Notes: generated from the letters alone by a model not told the origin. Counted from the first letter of the stretch, positions 26,615 to 37,505 are shown. The stretch: 64,000 nucleotides of DNA from an uncultured virus (IMG/VR IMGVR_UViG_3300042477_000802) (IMGVR_UViG_3300042477_000802:1-64000), one strand, 5' to 3'. Made by a program: numbers and translations.

Positions 26615-27328
26615 TTAGTTTGTTACTTTAACAAATCTGCCCCGACTATCTCTAGCAAGAACAGTATTTTTTTGCTGAGAATTTGTCTTACTAGAGGTAG
26701 TAGTAGCGGTAAAGTTACTTGTAAACGTACTAGACCCTGAACCTGATCGGAAACTTTGAGTAGTGGCACTAATACCTTTATAGACGTTACGAATTCCGAT
26801 CGAATCGGAACTATAATTAAAAGAATTATTCGCCGCCACTCCTAAAGAAGATCCCACTGAGACGGCATCAATATTAGCTCCTAAGAAAATAAACTCCCAA
26901 GAATATACTTGACGTTGATGCTCAATCATGTCTTTTATTTTAGACAAAGTATATTTTCTAGAAGAGTTCTCTTCTCCATCAGTAATAATGACAAACAATA
27001 CTTTAGAGGGTCGATCTGGTTCGGCCATCGCGGCTAGCTTTTGGCCTAAAGTATCCATGGTTAATCCAATGGCATCGAGCAAAGCGGTACCACCAGACGG
27101 TTGGTAGGTTTCTGGGGTAAGATCTGGAACTTCGGTTAAGTTAACAAAATCATGAAGGGTATGAGGAGTATAATTAAAAGTGGTAACAGTTAACGCCGCT
27201 TCACCCGGAACAAGTTTTTGTTCCGCTAAAAAGTTATTAAAGCTTCCAATGGTATCTTTAGATAGATGAGCCATCGAGCCGCTTTGGTCAATAATCATAT
27301 TGATGGAAGAAAAATTTGGTTTAGTCAT
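26615..27328 (-). CDS. von Willebrand factor A domain protein
   Basis: MIDAS DQSGSM; GGTALLDAIG; ITDGEENSS; WEFIFLGAN. Confidence 0.9.
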   Translation of the reverse strand: MTKPNFSSINMIIDQSGSMAHLSKDTIGSFNNFLAEQKLVPGEAALTVTTFNYTPHTLHDFVNLTEVPDLTPETYQPSGGTALLDAIGLTMDTLGQKLAAMAEPDRPSKVLFVIITDGEENSSRKYTLSKIKDMIEHQRQVYSWEFIFLGANIDAVSVGSSLGVAANNSFNYSSDSIGIRNVYKGISATTQSFRSGSGSSTFTSNFTATTTSSKTNSQQKNTVLARDSRGRFVKVTN

Positions 27329-27343
27329 ACTTGTTCCTATTGT

Positions 27344-27583
27344 TTAATAAATTTCTGTATCTGGCGGTCCAACTGATAGTTCGTTTTCAATTTCTACTCC
27401 TAGAACAGGAGTAAGATTTTGTATCTGTTGTAGAGTATTGTCAAAATTGATTTCAGAAACAGATCCTAAGACAATCCCTAACTCTTCTAAAGAACTAGAA
27501 ACTGTGACGCCAAGATGTTGAAGTTCAGTTAATAAGGCCGCATCAACCTTCTCTTTGGCAGTAATAATTAAATGTATAGCCAT
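27344..27583 (-). CDS. hypothetical protein
   Basis: 79-aa ORF between vWA and TROVE genes. Confidence 0.6.
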   Translation of the reverse strand: MAIHLIITAKEKVDAALLTELQHLGVTVSSSLEELGIVLGSVSEINFDNTLQQIQNLTPVLGVEIENELSVGPPDTEIY

Positions 27584-27588
27584 CTATT

Positions 27589-29142
27589 TTATATCTCCAC
27601 TGATTCTATGGTATTAATCCACAGATCTTTGTGATTTCCTAATTCCGTAAATTTAGCAATTACTTCAAAGACCGAATCAGAAAACCCGCCAATATTTAAA
27701 ATGGCATTGCCATCACTAGCTTGCACAGTACCATTAGGAGTAACATCAATACAGACCAGTTTAGCATTTTTATTACGCGACTTAAATTTAACCCATTCAG
27801 CCATGGTTGCGGTACTCCGATAACGAGTCGGATCTACCCAAGATTCATTATCGGAGACATAGATAACTAGGTCTCCGGAAGCCTGTGTATTATTAAGATG
27901 ACGCAAAGCAATTGAACAATCCGTTCCACCTCCACCAAAATTAGATAATTTCTGAGCATTAGTCATGACAGAATCCCATGGATTCAATCGATGGGAATGA
28001 ACTTGAGTATCAAAAGGAATAATTTCGGCATTAGGATTCTTTCGCATAATGGCTGCTGCGACTAAAGCTGCGACATCAATACATCGCATTTTACTAGTAA
28101 CACTGCCTCGATGACCTGTCACCGGAGAACTCATAGAGCCAGAAGTATCAACCATAACATATACTTGACCTGGAAAGGTAGGGATATTTTCCATCGAAAT
28201 CTCGGCTGCTTGTTGCAAAGCGATAGAGACCGAAGAAGGAATCGTTGAGTTCATATTTTTGAAAGCAGTAAATAACTGATACGGGAACACTTTCGCTTTC
28301 TCAACTTGGTGTGCATCTTGCAATTTATTGGCCAGAAGTTGCGTCAGTTTGGCATCTTTAAAAACGCCATGACGCTCAAAAGTATTGAGATTCAATCGAG
28401 TTTGGGTCCAAGTGGCATTAGCTGCAATTTGCTTCCAATGACTGTCAGTCAATGGCAACTGTGTTAACATTTGAAATGGAACGTCTGGTATTTCTGATCC
28501 CATTTCCTTTTTAAAAAGTTCAAACTGCTTTGCTAGTTGACATAAGTGCTGAGGATTATATTTCTTATCTAGAAGATATCCATATAAAGCTGAACGAGAT
28601 TCGCTATTTGGTTTAGGATGCACCATCTTAATGATGTCTTTTAATGATGGATCTTGGCCCACATCGGCGTTAAACAGCTGCTCATCTGTTAAGGATGCTA
28701 AATATTGTTGGATTAATTTCTTCGGGCGGGTACCTAAGGATTTACGACCAGTCACTCCGGAACGGAGTACTTGAACAAAGTTCCGCAACATTTTGGGACT
28801 ATCAATAACTTGAGGAAAGATTCGTGATAAAAGCGCTGAATCTTTACCAGCCACTACCGCTGCTAAGACAGCTGGCATATCTTTCATTAAACCTTGTTGA
28901 CGAGAATACACTGCTAACTTGGCTACATACTTGGGGCTCAATTTATTAGCCAACTCGATAACTTTTTCTAATTGATGTTCGGCTGATACATAATAGGTGC
29001 CATTAAAACAGCCGGTCATGGCTAATTGAGCCAGGGCTGCCTTATCTGACATGGCATAAGCTGATCCTCCGGCATTATTAGTAGTATTGGTGACAGGTGC
29101 TGCGACAGTAGATTTAGAGTTGAATAATTTCTTGGAAGCCAT
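27589..29142 (-). CDS. Ro60/TROVE domain RNA-binding protein (Rsr-like)
   Basis: N..GG.AY, LAQLAMTG, MKDMPA, MLRNFVQ..RSG..GRKSLG; C-terminal vWA DTSGSM, GGGTDC, SDNESW, IGGFSD. Confidence 0.93.
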   Translation of the reverse strand: MASKKLFNSKSTVAAPVTNTTNNAGGSAYAMSDKAALAQLAMTGCFNGTYYVSAEHQLEKVIELANKLSPKYVAKLAVYSRQQGLMKDMPAVLAAVVAGKDSALLSRIFPQVIDSPKMLRNFVQVLRSGVTGRKSLGTRPKKLIQQYLASLTDEQLFNADVGQDPSLKDIIKMVHPKPNSESRSALYGYLLDKKYNPQHLCQLAKQFELFKKEMGSEIPDVPFQMLTQLPLTDSHWKQIAANATWTQTRLNLNTFERHGVFKDAKLTQLLANKLQDAHQVEKAKVFPYQLFTAFKNMNSTIPSSVSIALQQAAEISMENIPTFPGQVYVMVDTSGSMSSPVTGHRGSVTSKMRCIDVAALVAAAIMRKNPNAEIIPFDTQVHSHRLNPWDSVMTNAQKLSNFGGGGTDCSIALRHLNNTQASGDLVIYVSDNESWVDPTRYRSTATMAEWVKFKSRNKNAKLVCIDVTPNGTVQASDGNAILNIGGFSDSVFEVIAKFTELGNHKDLWINTIESVEI

Positions 29143-29175
29143 AAAAATCCTTTATTTGTAAATAAATACAACAAT

Positions 29176-29706
29176 TTAAGATTGAAGAGTTAATCGTTTG
29201 CCTTGCACGGCAATTGTATTGAGATGTTGTGGGGTTAAGGTAAACTGTCTAATTTTACTAATCGGTAACATTTTACGAAAATGTTCTTTAGTTTGTGCCA
29301 GGCCACAACGCTGACGATTTGAATAAGTCCCAGGCACAATGACACGCTTACTATTAATAAGCCCAGATAGATAAAGAACACCAGTCTGATGATGCTTTTT
29401 AATTCCCGAAATGATTTGACCATTGGGACCTGTAACTTGGGTATATATCGCATGTGGAGATTTTTTAGACAGAGAATTATTTAATTCTCTCATTAATTGT
29501 TGCTTGGCTTGTGCCTCTATATCAAAGGAGGTTTCTATTTTAGAAAGAATAGAAATAGATCGTAATAGTGCATTACGATAATTGATATTGAAAATAATAT
29601 TGTAATCCGCTAACTCTTGATTATTATTTCGATAACCTAACAGGGTTATAAACGTTGATCCTTGACGGATCGTTGACAATTCCGATAATAGCTTTTCTTG
29701 ATCCAA
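29176..29706 (-). CDS. hypothetical protein
   Basis: TTG start with GGGAG RBS and upstream promoter. Confidence 0.65.
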   Translation of the reverse strand: MDQEKLLSELSTIRQGSTFITLLGYRNNNQELADYNIIFNINYRNALLRSISILSKIETSFDIEAQAKQQLMRELNNSLSKKSPHAIYTQVTGPNGQIISGIKKHHQTGVLYLSGLINSKRVIVPGTYSNRQRCGLAQTKEHFRKMLPISKIRQFTLTPQHLNTIAVQGKRLTLQS

Positions 29707-29963
29707 GGTGCGACTCCCTTTCGTCCACCTAAGGTAAAAACTATAAATTGGCTGTCAAGGCCGGGCGCATTTTTAAAAATTAGTCTCGAAGCACGGTGCA
29801 GCGACCCTCGCAAGTACATTCCAATACCATGGTATCTTCTTGAACTTTTTCAAGGTCTTCTTCTTCGTCAAAGGTGACGCTAATAATCATATGACAGGAG
29901 TCACATTTAAATAAAAATTTTCGAGACGGAAAACTGTAGTCCATAATTATAATGTTTCAAAAA

Positions 29964-30854
29964 TCATATTTTCAAACAATGAGGGCTAAACCAAATTCTT
30001 TCTTTATCTGAGTTAGCTCTACCACGAGTATTAGAAGCATTAGCAAAACCCCCATTAGTTTTCCATGCCACCGTTTCCCAAGTATCTGGGAAAGTTAACT
30101 CGCTGTCATAACCGCATAAAGCAATTCTTACATTCGGTAAATCTCCATGGTCTAATGCCCATTGATAAACTTGAGGAAAAATATTAGACTCCTCTAAATA
30201 AACCTTATCTCGACCTGAGGTCAGGTAAGGTGGGTCTAAAAAAATAGCGGTCACATCATTGTGAGACAAGCCTTTATTTTTAAAAGTAATCGAGGGGGAC
30301 ATGACACGTTCCCAATCACCACAGGCTACTCTTACTCGTCTCAATCTAGTTTGTAAAGCAGTAAACCAATCAAAAATATTATGAGTTAATCCGTGAATGC
30401 CTGAACCGGCGGAAGAGAGTAAGGGTAAAGAATTTACACCATATGGGTTCATCCAACTGGATCCAATCGAGGCGCTGATTCCCCAGACCCACCATCCGGC
30501 AATTTTTAGATCATAAAAATCTGGATTATGATCCATTTGATATTTAAAGTCATCAGTAGCATCAGATACTAACCAATGATGACGGGCATGCAAATCAGCC
30601 TCATTGACTGGATGGTCGGCAAATTTAGCAACTCCTGCTGGGTCGATGGTGATAGCTCGCCAAAAATTAGCAATAAAATGATTTTTATCATTAATAGTTT
30701 CAATTTTGGCTGGATGAGGATTAGCTAACAAGACAGCTAATGAACCGGCAAAAGGTTCGATATAATTGGAAACATGACCCAATCTTGACCAAATCAAATC
30801 AGCGACCTTGCTTTTTCCTCCAAAAAAGGGAAAAGGAGATTTTATTTTACTCAT
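29964..30854 (-). CDS. DNA adenine methyltransferase (D12/Dam-like)
   Basis: PFPFFGGKS, YIEPFAGS, IND, FLDPPY. Confidence 0.9.
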   Translation of the reverse strand: MSKIKSPFPFFGGKSKVADLIWSRLGHVSNYIEPFAGSLAVLLANPHPAKIETINDKNHFIANFWRAITIDPAGVAKFADHPVNEADLHARHHWLVSDATDDFKYQMDHNPDFYDLKIAGWWVWGISASIGSSWMNPYGVNSLPLLSSAGSGIHGLTHNIFDWFTALQTRLRRVRVACGDWERVMSPSITFKNKGLSHNDVTAIFLDPPYLTSGRDKVYLEESNIFPQVYQWALDHGDLPNVRIALCGYDSELTFPDTWETVAWKTNGGFANASNTRGRANSDKERIWFSPHCLKI

Positions 30855-30886
30855 AAAACTATATATACCATAAAGACAAGGTACAC

Positions 30887-32428
30887 ATGAGCCAACTATC
30901 TACAATCTTAAAATTAGCTGATTTATTTTATCGAAGGGTCTTGCGGTCTCTCGGTCAAACTACATATTATACTATGCCAGATGATGACACGGGAGAGGAT
31001 GACTTTTCTTTAACTGGAAATATTGAAGCTGATTATGACTCCATTGATATTAAAAATCCAGAATTATTTTCTTTATTAGAAGCATTCTATAATCAATATA
31101 ATGTATTTATGGATACTTTAGAAGAGGAAGATGAGGATGTAGGTAATTCTATTGAAGTGTATGATACCTTTAAAAGGTTGTATGAAAAGTTACTGAATAA
31201 TGCGTATATTGGAAGTTCGTCATTTTTAGAGAATGAGGATATAGATCCTGCTTCATTAAATAAATTTATTGAAAATGTTTTTAACGATGTGTACCAGCAT
31301 ATTAAAAAACATGAAGAAGACGGTGTGTCTGAAGCAGAAATGATGGCTTTGGTATTACCGGAAGAATTTGGTTATTCGACTGAAATGGAAGGTAATCCTA
31401 ATGCTGAGGGTTATCGGGCTAAAAGAATGCACGATGCCTCTGAAAAAGCCAAAGAAACACTTGAATTGTATAAGACTAATCCTCTATTTAAAAAGAAATA
31501 CGAAGCATTACAAGCGGCAGCTAGAAAAAGATATTTAAAAATGAAAGCCGACCCAGAAAAATGGAAATTGCATCAAGCTAAAAGACAAGCATGGTATCAA
31601 GAGACGCAAAAAGATAAAGATAAATATGATTCAATATTAGCTAGAGAAAAATCTAGACAAACAGAATTACGTAAAAAAATGAAAGAAGATCCTGAACTTT
31701 ATGTTCAATATCGAGATAAAATAAGAAGTGCTGTTCAAGAAACTAGAAAAAAACGAGTGGTAGACATTGAACAACTAGCTATTGTATATAAAGCTAATGC
31801 TGCTAAAATTGGCTTATTACCAGATAACGACCCAGAAAAGTCGAAACTAATAAATGAAAATAAAAAATTACAGCAAAAAATGACTGCTATTGCTAAAGTT
31901 TTAGCAGCTACAGAGCAAAGTAGCTTTCATGTATCACGTGAAAAAGAAATAGAAGATAGAAAAGTTCGTCGAGATTCTGGCACTTTGGATGGTGTCAATT
32001 TGAGTTTAAAACAAAAAACTCAAAGCGCAAAAAGTGAAATTAAAAAGAAATTGCTAAAAAGCGTAGATAAACATCCAGAAATTATTGAGATACGTTTAAA
32101 AATAACAGCGGCCTTTGCGTTATTCAAAGAATCCCCAACTGAGGAGAATAAAGAGAATTTAAAGAGATTAGAAGCAATAGCTAAAAATATGGCTGATACA
32201 TTAGTGAATGTAAACCCTATTTTTATCAAGGCTAGTGAAGATATTAATCAAATTGAAAATTTTAGAAAAATGGTAGAGAAAGTAGTTAAACAAGAATCTT
32301 TACCATTCTCAATAGAAGAATTGATATCTATGGGAGAAAAGTTAATAGTTAACTTTAATAAAGAGAAAGAATATAAATCTCCACTTAATGCTTTGCAAGT
32401 AGTCTTAGACTCCTTAAGGAACCAATGA
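30887..32428 (+). CDS. hypothetical coiled-coil protein
   Basis: 513-aa ORF, acidic N-terminal and basic/coiled C-terminal halves. Confidence 0.75.
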   Translation: MSQLSTILKLADLFYRRVLRSLGQTTYYTMPDDDTGEDDFSLTGNIEADYDSIDIKNPELFSLLEAFYNQYNVFMDTLEEEDEDVGNSIEVYDTFKRLYEKLLNNAYIGSSSFLENEDIDPASLNKFIENVFNDVYQHIKKHEEDGVSEAEMMALVLPEEFGYSTEMEGNPNAEGYRAKRMHDASEKAKETLELYKTNPLFKKKYEALQAAARKRYLKMKADPEKWKLHQAKRQAWYQETQKDKDKYDSILAREKSRQTELRKKMKEDPELYVQYRDKIRSAVQETRKKRVVDIEQLAIVYKANAAKIGLLPDNDPEKSKLINENKKLQQKMTAIAKVLAATEQSSFHVSREKEIEDRKVRRDSGTLDGVNLSLKQKTQSAKSEIKKKLLKSVDKHPEIIEIRLKITAAFALFKESPTEENKENLKRLEAIAKNMADTLVNVNPIFIKASEDINQIENFRKMVEKVVKQESLPFSIEELISMGEKLIVNFNKEKEYKSPLNALQVVLDSLRNQ

Positions 32429-32622
32429 AAAATAAAAAAATAGCTTTCTTAGATGATAGAAACCTCAAACTAACTGCTGAAGAAGAAGCCGCATTAAGAA
32501 GAGCCTCTCCAGAAGTATTAGCCGAAGCAGAAGCATATAGTTCTGCAGTTATTGATAAGGTTATTCAAGAATTAATTGATGAAGAGGATAAAAAATTAGC
32601 TGCTATTTTAGCTCAAGAATAA
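32425..32622 (+). CDS. hypothetical protein
   Basis: ATGA-overlap coupling with the previous gene. Confidence 0.6.
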   Translation: MKNKKIAFLDDRNLKLTAEEEAALRRASPEVLAEAEAYSSAVIDKVIQELIDEEDKKLAAILAQE

Positions 32623-33215
32623 GGTTGTTGAGATAATAACCCAGTTAAAATTTCATTTACTTTATTTAAATTCTTCACTAAAAAGATAGAGTTCTTACTA
32701 CCAATTTGTCTCATGTAATTATTATTTTCTCCTGGAATAGAGAAATTAAATTCTATCCATCTTTCTTTTGGTAAGCAATCAGCGGAAGACAACCAAAAAC
32801 AATAATCTCTAATAACTGAGGCGCCAATGTTTTCATAATCTTGATAATCGGCTGGATTATTAAGACGGTTAACAAAGATTACCATATCTTGATGGTAATC
32901 AAATAACTCAGTAAAATCTTTGGGAGAAAAGAGACCATCGATTACAAACTGATGTGTCTGATAATTTTTTTTATTAATTGAAATAATATCTTGAATATTG
33001 CTAACAATTAGTTTGGGATTTTCTTTTATTCTTTCTAACAGCCAAGTATGTTTAGCGTCTTGATATTGACTTATCGTTTCTGATTCTAATGGCTCTCTAA
33101 AAGAGGAGAGAATCCAAGACGTAGCATCAATATATCCATAATTATGATGGGACGCAATATATTTGGCCACGGTGGTTCTTCCACTTTGGGGCATACCTAT
33201 CAGAAAAATTTGCAT
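32613..33215 (-). CDS. P-loop nucleoside/nucleotide kinase-like protein
   Basis: IFLIGMPQSGRTT Walker A variant; VIDG. Confidence 0.6.
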   Translation of the reverse strand: MQIFLIGMPQSGRTTVAKYIASHHNYGYIDATSWILSSFREPLESETISQYQDAKHTWLLERIKENPKLIVSNIQDIISINKKNYQTHQFVIDGLFSPKDFTELFDYHQDMVIFVNRLNNPADYQDYENIGASVIRDYCFWLSSADCLPKERWIEFNFSIPGENNNYMRQIGSKNSIFLVKNLNKVNEILTGLLSQQPYS

Positions 33216-33222
33216 AATAATC

Positions 33223-34050
33223 CTAATATTTTAGGCAATTAAAAGTTGTCACATACTTATGCCAAGACTTATCATTAGTAATGGATTCAAATTTCATTTC
33301 TTGAAATGCTTGATGCAAAGCATCAAAATTAGCATGACCATCCAGCAAAATAATTTCTTCTTCAGGAACGTGTCTAAATTCAATTAATTGTCGATTAATA
33401 TTGAAATTGGCACGATTTTCTTCGATCGAAAGAAAAGATTGAAATAGTTGAGGATGACTAATAGTGTCTAAAGCTTTTTTAGGTTTTAAGATGCCAGGAA
33501 TATTATCTGACTTATCTCCTACTAAACATTTATGAGCGACATAAGGATAAGGTGGCGCTTCGACAAATATTTTTTTAATGGGATTATAAATTTGAATATG
33601 AGGATAATTTCTTTGTAATAACTGAGTAAAATCAGAATCGCTACTGATAATAGTTAATGACTCTAACTGCATATTATCACACAGAGTGGCAATCACATCA
33701 TCGGCTTCATAAGCTTCCGCTCGACATAAAGTGATGGGAAGAAATTGCATTAATTGCAATATTTTTTCTTTAGTGGCGTAAAACTTATCTCGAGTTTCTT
33801 GTTTAGAAGCTTGTTTGATAATTCTGTTGGCTTTATAATCGGCGAATAGATCGTATCTAAATTGAGGATGACCTTCTAAGACGAAGAAGCATTTATGTGG
33901 TTTAAAATCTTCAATGATTGGCCTGAGATTTCTAAAGAAGTTAAAAGTAAAGATAGTAGTATCATCCACATCGGCTACTGGTGGTACTCCAAATTTGATA
34001 CAGGCTCTCCAGATAAAATTTAAACCATCAATTAATAAAATATTGTCCAT
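33223..34050 (-). CDS. 5'-3' exonuclease / flap endonuclease (PolI N-terminal or T4 RNase H-like)
   Basis: LLIDG, YKANR, EADDVI, SSDSDF, LVGDKSDNIPG. Confidence 0.9.
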   Translation of the reverse strand: MDNILLIDGLNFIWRACIKFGVPPVADVDDTTIFTFNFFRNLRPIIEDFKPHKCFFVLEGHPQFRYDLFADYKANRIIKQASKQETRDKFYATKEKILQLMQFLPITLCRAEAYEADDVIATLCDNMQLESLTIISSDSDFTQLLQRNYPHIQIYNPIKKIFVEAPPYPYVAHKCLVGDKSDNIPGILKPKKALDTISHPQLFQSFLSIEENRANFNINRQLIEFRHVPEEEIILLDGHANFDALHQAFQEMKFESITNDKSWHKYVTTFNCLKY

Positions 34051-34051
34051 C

Positions 34052-34372
34052 TTATTGGAGAACTTTCAAACGCAATAATCTAAAATTGTACAGGCTCATT
34101 TGGTTAAGTAACCAATCTGATCCTACTTCAATACGACGAGTAGAATTAATATAAACTGGTTTGCCCCAAGCTTTTCGATAAGCATTGGGATATTGAATCT
34201 TATCCCCTGATTTATTTTGATAATGATAGGACTCACCTACTAATATAGGTGGGCTATCTCCATCAATAATAGAGATGGGGCAATTGGATTCGGCATTTAC
34301 CGATTTCCTAATTTCTCTCTTAATTAGTCGTGATAGATTTTTTTTTTCTGTTAATTTTAACATTAGTTGCAC
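34052..34372 (-). CDS. hypothetical protein
   Basis: ORF track. Confidence 0.6.
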   Translation of the reverse strand: MQLMLKLTEKKNLSRLIKREIRKSVNAESNCPISIIDGDSPPILVGESYHYQNKSGDKIQYPNAYRKAWGKPVYINSTRRIEVGSDWLLNQMSLYNFRLLRLKVLQ

Positions 34373-34403
34373 CTAAGGCTGTCAATTTAAACGCATTGAT
34401 AAT

Positions 34404-34745
34404 ATGAATAAAACGGGATACATGTTAAGATGGGCTTGGCTTTATCAACAAAAGCAAGCCGCTAAACCTGAGATTAATTTAGTTAAAAAAATAGTCAGAA
34501 ACTCTATTGAAGATCTCTTCAAAAAGTTTCCATTAGTTATGGATGGTTTAGTCTATGTATCTCATGTTACTATGCCAGCTGAACAGACGATAGCTTTTAC
34601 TCTTAATCTAGACAAGAATAAACAAGAGACTATTAATAAACATAAAGAAAAAAGAGATAAGTTAATTAACTTAGCAGTTAAAAGTTCTTTGAAAGAAAAC
34701 TTTCAAAAGGATTTTGATTTAGGATTTCAAGAAATTTTGGTTTAA
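34404..34745 (+). CDS. hypothetical protein
   Basis: ORF track. Confidence 0.6.
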   Translation: MNKTGYMLRWAWLYQQKQAAKPEINLVKKIVRNSIEDLFKKFPLVMDGLVYVSHVTMPAEQTIAFTLNLDKNKQETINKHKEKRDKLINLAVKSSLKENFQKDFDLGFQEILV

Positions 34746-34953
34746 TTTTTAATTATATCCGGCTCGGTAATATGTCGGGTTAATCTTTCAAACTCAGTAA
34801 AAATAATAACCGATATTAAATACATCCCTTTTCTTTCTTCATTTTGAGCATTGCGAACACATGAGGCAAATAAGTTCTGTCTAATTTGTAGTAGACGTTC
34901 CTTATTAGCCTCATTTATTTCTTCAATGTCTAGAAAGGTGTTTTTTATTGACA

Positions 34954-35520
34954 TTACCTAATAATTAAACTAGCCGCTATCTGCGAACATAATTCAGCAT
35001 TATCTCCAAATCCGCCGCAAGATAAATTATATGCATTATTATTCTTGACAGTCACCCAATTATCTACAATTACCTCATTCTTGAGGGCTTTAATTAATAC
35101 AAAATTATGACCATTTATCATAACTGGATCGGCAGAAATTACTTCTGCATCAATTCCTTTGAGACTTCTCAGTGAAAGAATTACAAAAGTATCAAATGAT
35201 TCATTAAAAGTTTCCCTAATGAAAATTACCATGGCCTCACGATTGGGAGATCGTAAGACAACCCCACAATTTTGTGGAGTACATTCTCCTTGCTCTCCTT
35301 CTAGGGGCCATGGTTCTGGCAACGTAAACTCCCAATTTTCTTGGGAAAATGTAAATTTCTCTGGTGGTTTGGGTACTGGAACTTCAGTAGGTTCTGCAGA
35401 GGGAACAATGGTAGCAGGCAAATCTACCGTATTCCCTCCGTTAGAGGACGAATTTCCTGCACAAGCCGAGCAAGACATTAAACTAACTGCTAATAGAGAT
35501 GTTAAAAAAATACTTTTCAT
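34954..35520 (-). CDS. putative lipoprotein
   Basis: Signal peptide with lipobox-like LMSC/SAC; Pro-rich linker. Confidence 0.65.
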   Translation of the reverse strand: MKSIFLTSLLAVSLMSCSACAGNSSSNGGNTVDLPATIVPSAEPTEVPVPKPPEKFTFSQENWEFTLPEPWPLEGEQGECTPQNCGVVLRSPNREAMVIFIRETFNESFDTFVILSLRSLKGIDAEVISADPVMINGHNFVLIKALKNEVIVDNWVTVKNNNAYNLSCGGFGDNAELCSQIAASLIIR

Positions 35521-35627
35521 ATGAACCTTTCTATGCCTTGTCGGCGTCTTTAGACATCTAGATATCTAGATTCTATTATCTAAGAATAATGGCCCCTTCG
35601 TATCTCGTAAGGGGCATGATTCCTATA

Positions 35628-36035
35628 TCACTCGTTTTCTGCCGAATCATCCTCGGATACATCTGAGGTAACCTGTGAGGTTACTTTGCTTTCCATCGCA
35701 GCTACCTTAGCCTCTAAATCACTTTTCATTTGTTTTTTAGTCAACTCTTTAGACAGTTTAGCTTGTTCTTTTTTATTTTTATCAGCTGCCCTCATAATGC
35801 CGCCATGAGCACCACGAGTGACATACCATTCAGGATGGTTCCGAATATATTCTCGGACAAAAGGATCGGCCCGTCGTACCTGTTTCTCATCCCAGTTATT
35901 ACGAACAGCAATCATTCCTAATAAAACAGGGAATTGTAGATTGGTATCTCCAGACCAGCTATTGAGAACTTCATCTGTCGAATCAATTAATTGATTGATA
36001 TCTTGTAGTAATTTATCCTTAGTAGGGTTATTCAT
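35628..36035 (-). CDS. winged-helix-like protein (RGAHGG wing)
   Basis: VTRGAHGGI motif shared with 48134-48463, reminiscent of the Rrf2 wing. Confidence 0.55.
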   Translation of the reverse strand: MNNPTKDKLLQDINQLIDSTDEVLNSWSGDTNLQFPVLLGMIAVRNNWDEKQVRRADPFVREYIRNHPEWYVTRGAHGGIMRAADKNKKEQAKLSKELTKKQMKSDLEAKVAAMESKVTSQVTSDVSEDDSAENE

Positions 36036-36282
36036 GTTTTTCTTCCTTATCTGTGTTAATGTAATTAACAATTTTATGGTTGTATGCTATCCAGGCCCAG
36101 ACAACCAGGGCAATTAAAATCCCAATTACCAATGGCCATTTAGAAGTAGGATACGCTTGAGTCAGTTCTAACATCACCACTAGAGCAATGGTAGAGCAAA
36201 TAATAGTATTCATCATTGAGACTAATACTAACAGTGGCGCTTTCCTACTTAACAAGTGTAGATTGGTCTTAAATCTTTTCAT
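36028..36282 (-). CDS. small membrane protein
   Basis: Two hydrophobic segments. Confidence 0.6.
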   Translation of the reverse strand: MKRFKTNLHLLSRKAPLLVLVSMMNTIICSTIALVVMLELTQAYPTSKWPLVIGILIALVVWAWIAYNHKIVNYINTDKEEKHE

Positions 36283-36305
36283 AAGATGAGTGTCTTAGTC
36301 AGAAA

Positions 36306-36596
36306 TTAGACTGACTTAACGAATCTGCCTCGCAAGTCACGTACATTATAGTACGTCTTGTTTCCAGCTGTGGCTAGGGCTCCGTTATTTTTTTTATTTT
36401 TGGACTGCTGGAGCGCATAAAATTCGCCCAACGTGAAAACAAAAGTCAAATTATTACGAACTAACTCGTTCGCAACAGGCAAGAAATCAGTCTCAGAATC
36501 TACTTGCTTTTGAACATCACGAGCCAAATTCTCAATTTTGGCAGCTAACACCTTAACATCATTTAACTTATTTGACATAATCAATCCTTTTATCAA
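36306..36596 (-). CDS. hypothetical protein with C-terminal RDxRGRFVK motif
   Basis: Motif shared with the vWA protein. Confidence 0.65.
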   Translation of the reverse strand: MIKGLIMSNKLNDVKVLAAKIENLARDVQKQVDSETDFLPVANELVRNNLTFVFTLGEFYALQQSKNKKNNGALATAGNKTYYNVRDLRGRFVKSV

Positions 36597-36874
36597 TTAG
36601 TTTCTGGTAAACCATTGGGATTAGCTAACACACTAATAATTTTAGCTAAAGCATCTTCTTTACCCGGAATAGAAGATTGAGCAATAACACTCTTCATGTC
36701 AGCAATGAGTGCGGTAGACTCATTTGCGATACTAACCGCAAGGCCCATACATTTAGACATGTTAAGTACATACTGATGCTTTTCCGCAGTTTTTTTATTC
36801 TCTTCTGTGGTTTTCATACTGGCTTCTAATTCTGCCACTAGTGACTTGAGTAACGATAAATCAATATTTGCCAT
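36593..36874 (-). CDS. hypothetical protein
   Basis: GGAG RBS. Confidence 0.65.
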   Translation of the reverse strand: MANIDLSLLKSLVAELEASMKTTEENKKTAEKHQYVLNMSKCMGLAVSIANESTALIADMKSVIAQSSIPGKEDALAKIISVLANPNGLPETN

Positions 36875-36883
36875 AATTATCTC

Positions 36884-37504
36884 CTATTTTGTTCTATCAA
36901 AATCTATAAGTTTAAAGTTTCCATCACTATCCTTCATAAGATTTCTTGGATGAAGATCCGAATGTTGGATAGTTAATTTATTTAAATTTTTACAAAAAAA
37001 CATAACCTTGTGTAAGTCGAAGTCAAGCCCAATCGATAAGCCTTGTAATATTTTATTAATTTCTAATGAAGAATATTTCTTTATTTTATTTTGATCTTCA
37101 TGAGAGACTAAAGAATGAAAAACTTTAATTTCATCCTCTGACAGAGGATGGAGTTTTTCCATAATATAATAATAAAGTAAAAATCTTTGCGGCTGATTAT
37201 TTATCGTTCTAGTATGGACTCCTAATTTATCATAATAATAAACTTTAGCGAGCAAGTTATTATTTGATAATAATATTGAGTGTAATACTTTCGATAAGTG
37301 AATCCAAGTATGTTCGATATTTTTATCCGTAGAATATGGCGGCTCGTAATAAGCCCCCAATTTAATTACTTTATCTGGGCACTCAATGATATTAAATACT
37401 TGACCATCTGCGCCAGATCCCAATTCCTTTCCTAAGGAAAGGGTTTGATTGTTCTCATCAATGAAACAATAATTATACTGGTTAACTAAAGGTAAAACCT
37501 GCAT
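36884..37504 (-). CDS. Ser/Thr protein kinase-like protein
   Basis: LGSGADGQV, VIK, IMEKL, HSDLHPRN, LIDFD. Confidence 0.85.
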   Translation of the reverse strand: MQVLPLVNQYNYCFIDENNQTLSLGKELGSGADGQVFNIIECPDKVIKLGAYYEPPYSTDKNIEHTWIHLSKVLHSILLSNNNLLAKVYYYDKLGVHTRTINNQPQRFLLYYYIMEKLHPLSEDEIKVFHSLVSHEDQNKIKKYSSLEINKILQGLSIGLDFDLHKVMFFCKNLNKLTIQHSDLHPRNLMKDSDGNFKLIDFDRTK

Positions 37505-37505
37505 T

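Noticed and set aside
34052..34090. C-terminus FRLLRLKVLQ resembling the family tail
   Set aside because: No terminal Trp, no junction sequence and no repeats; may be chance
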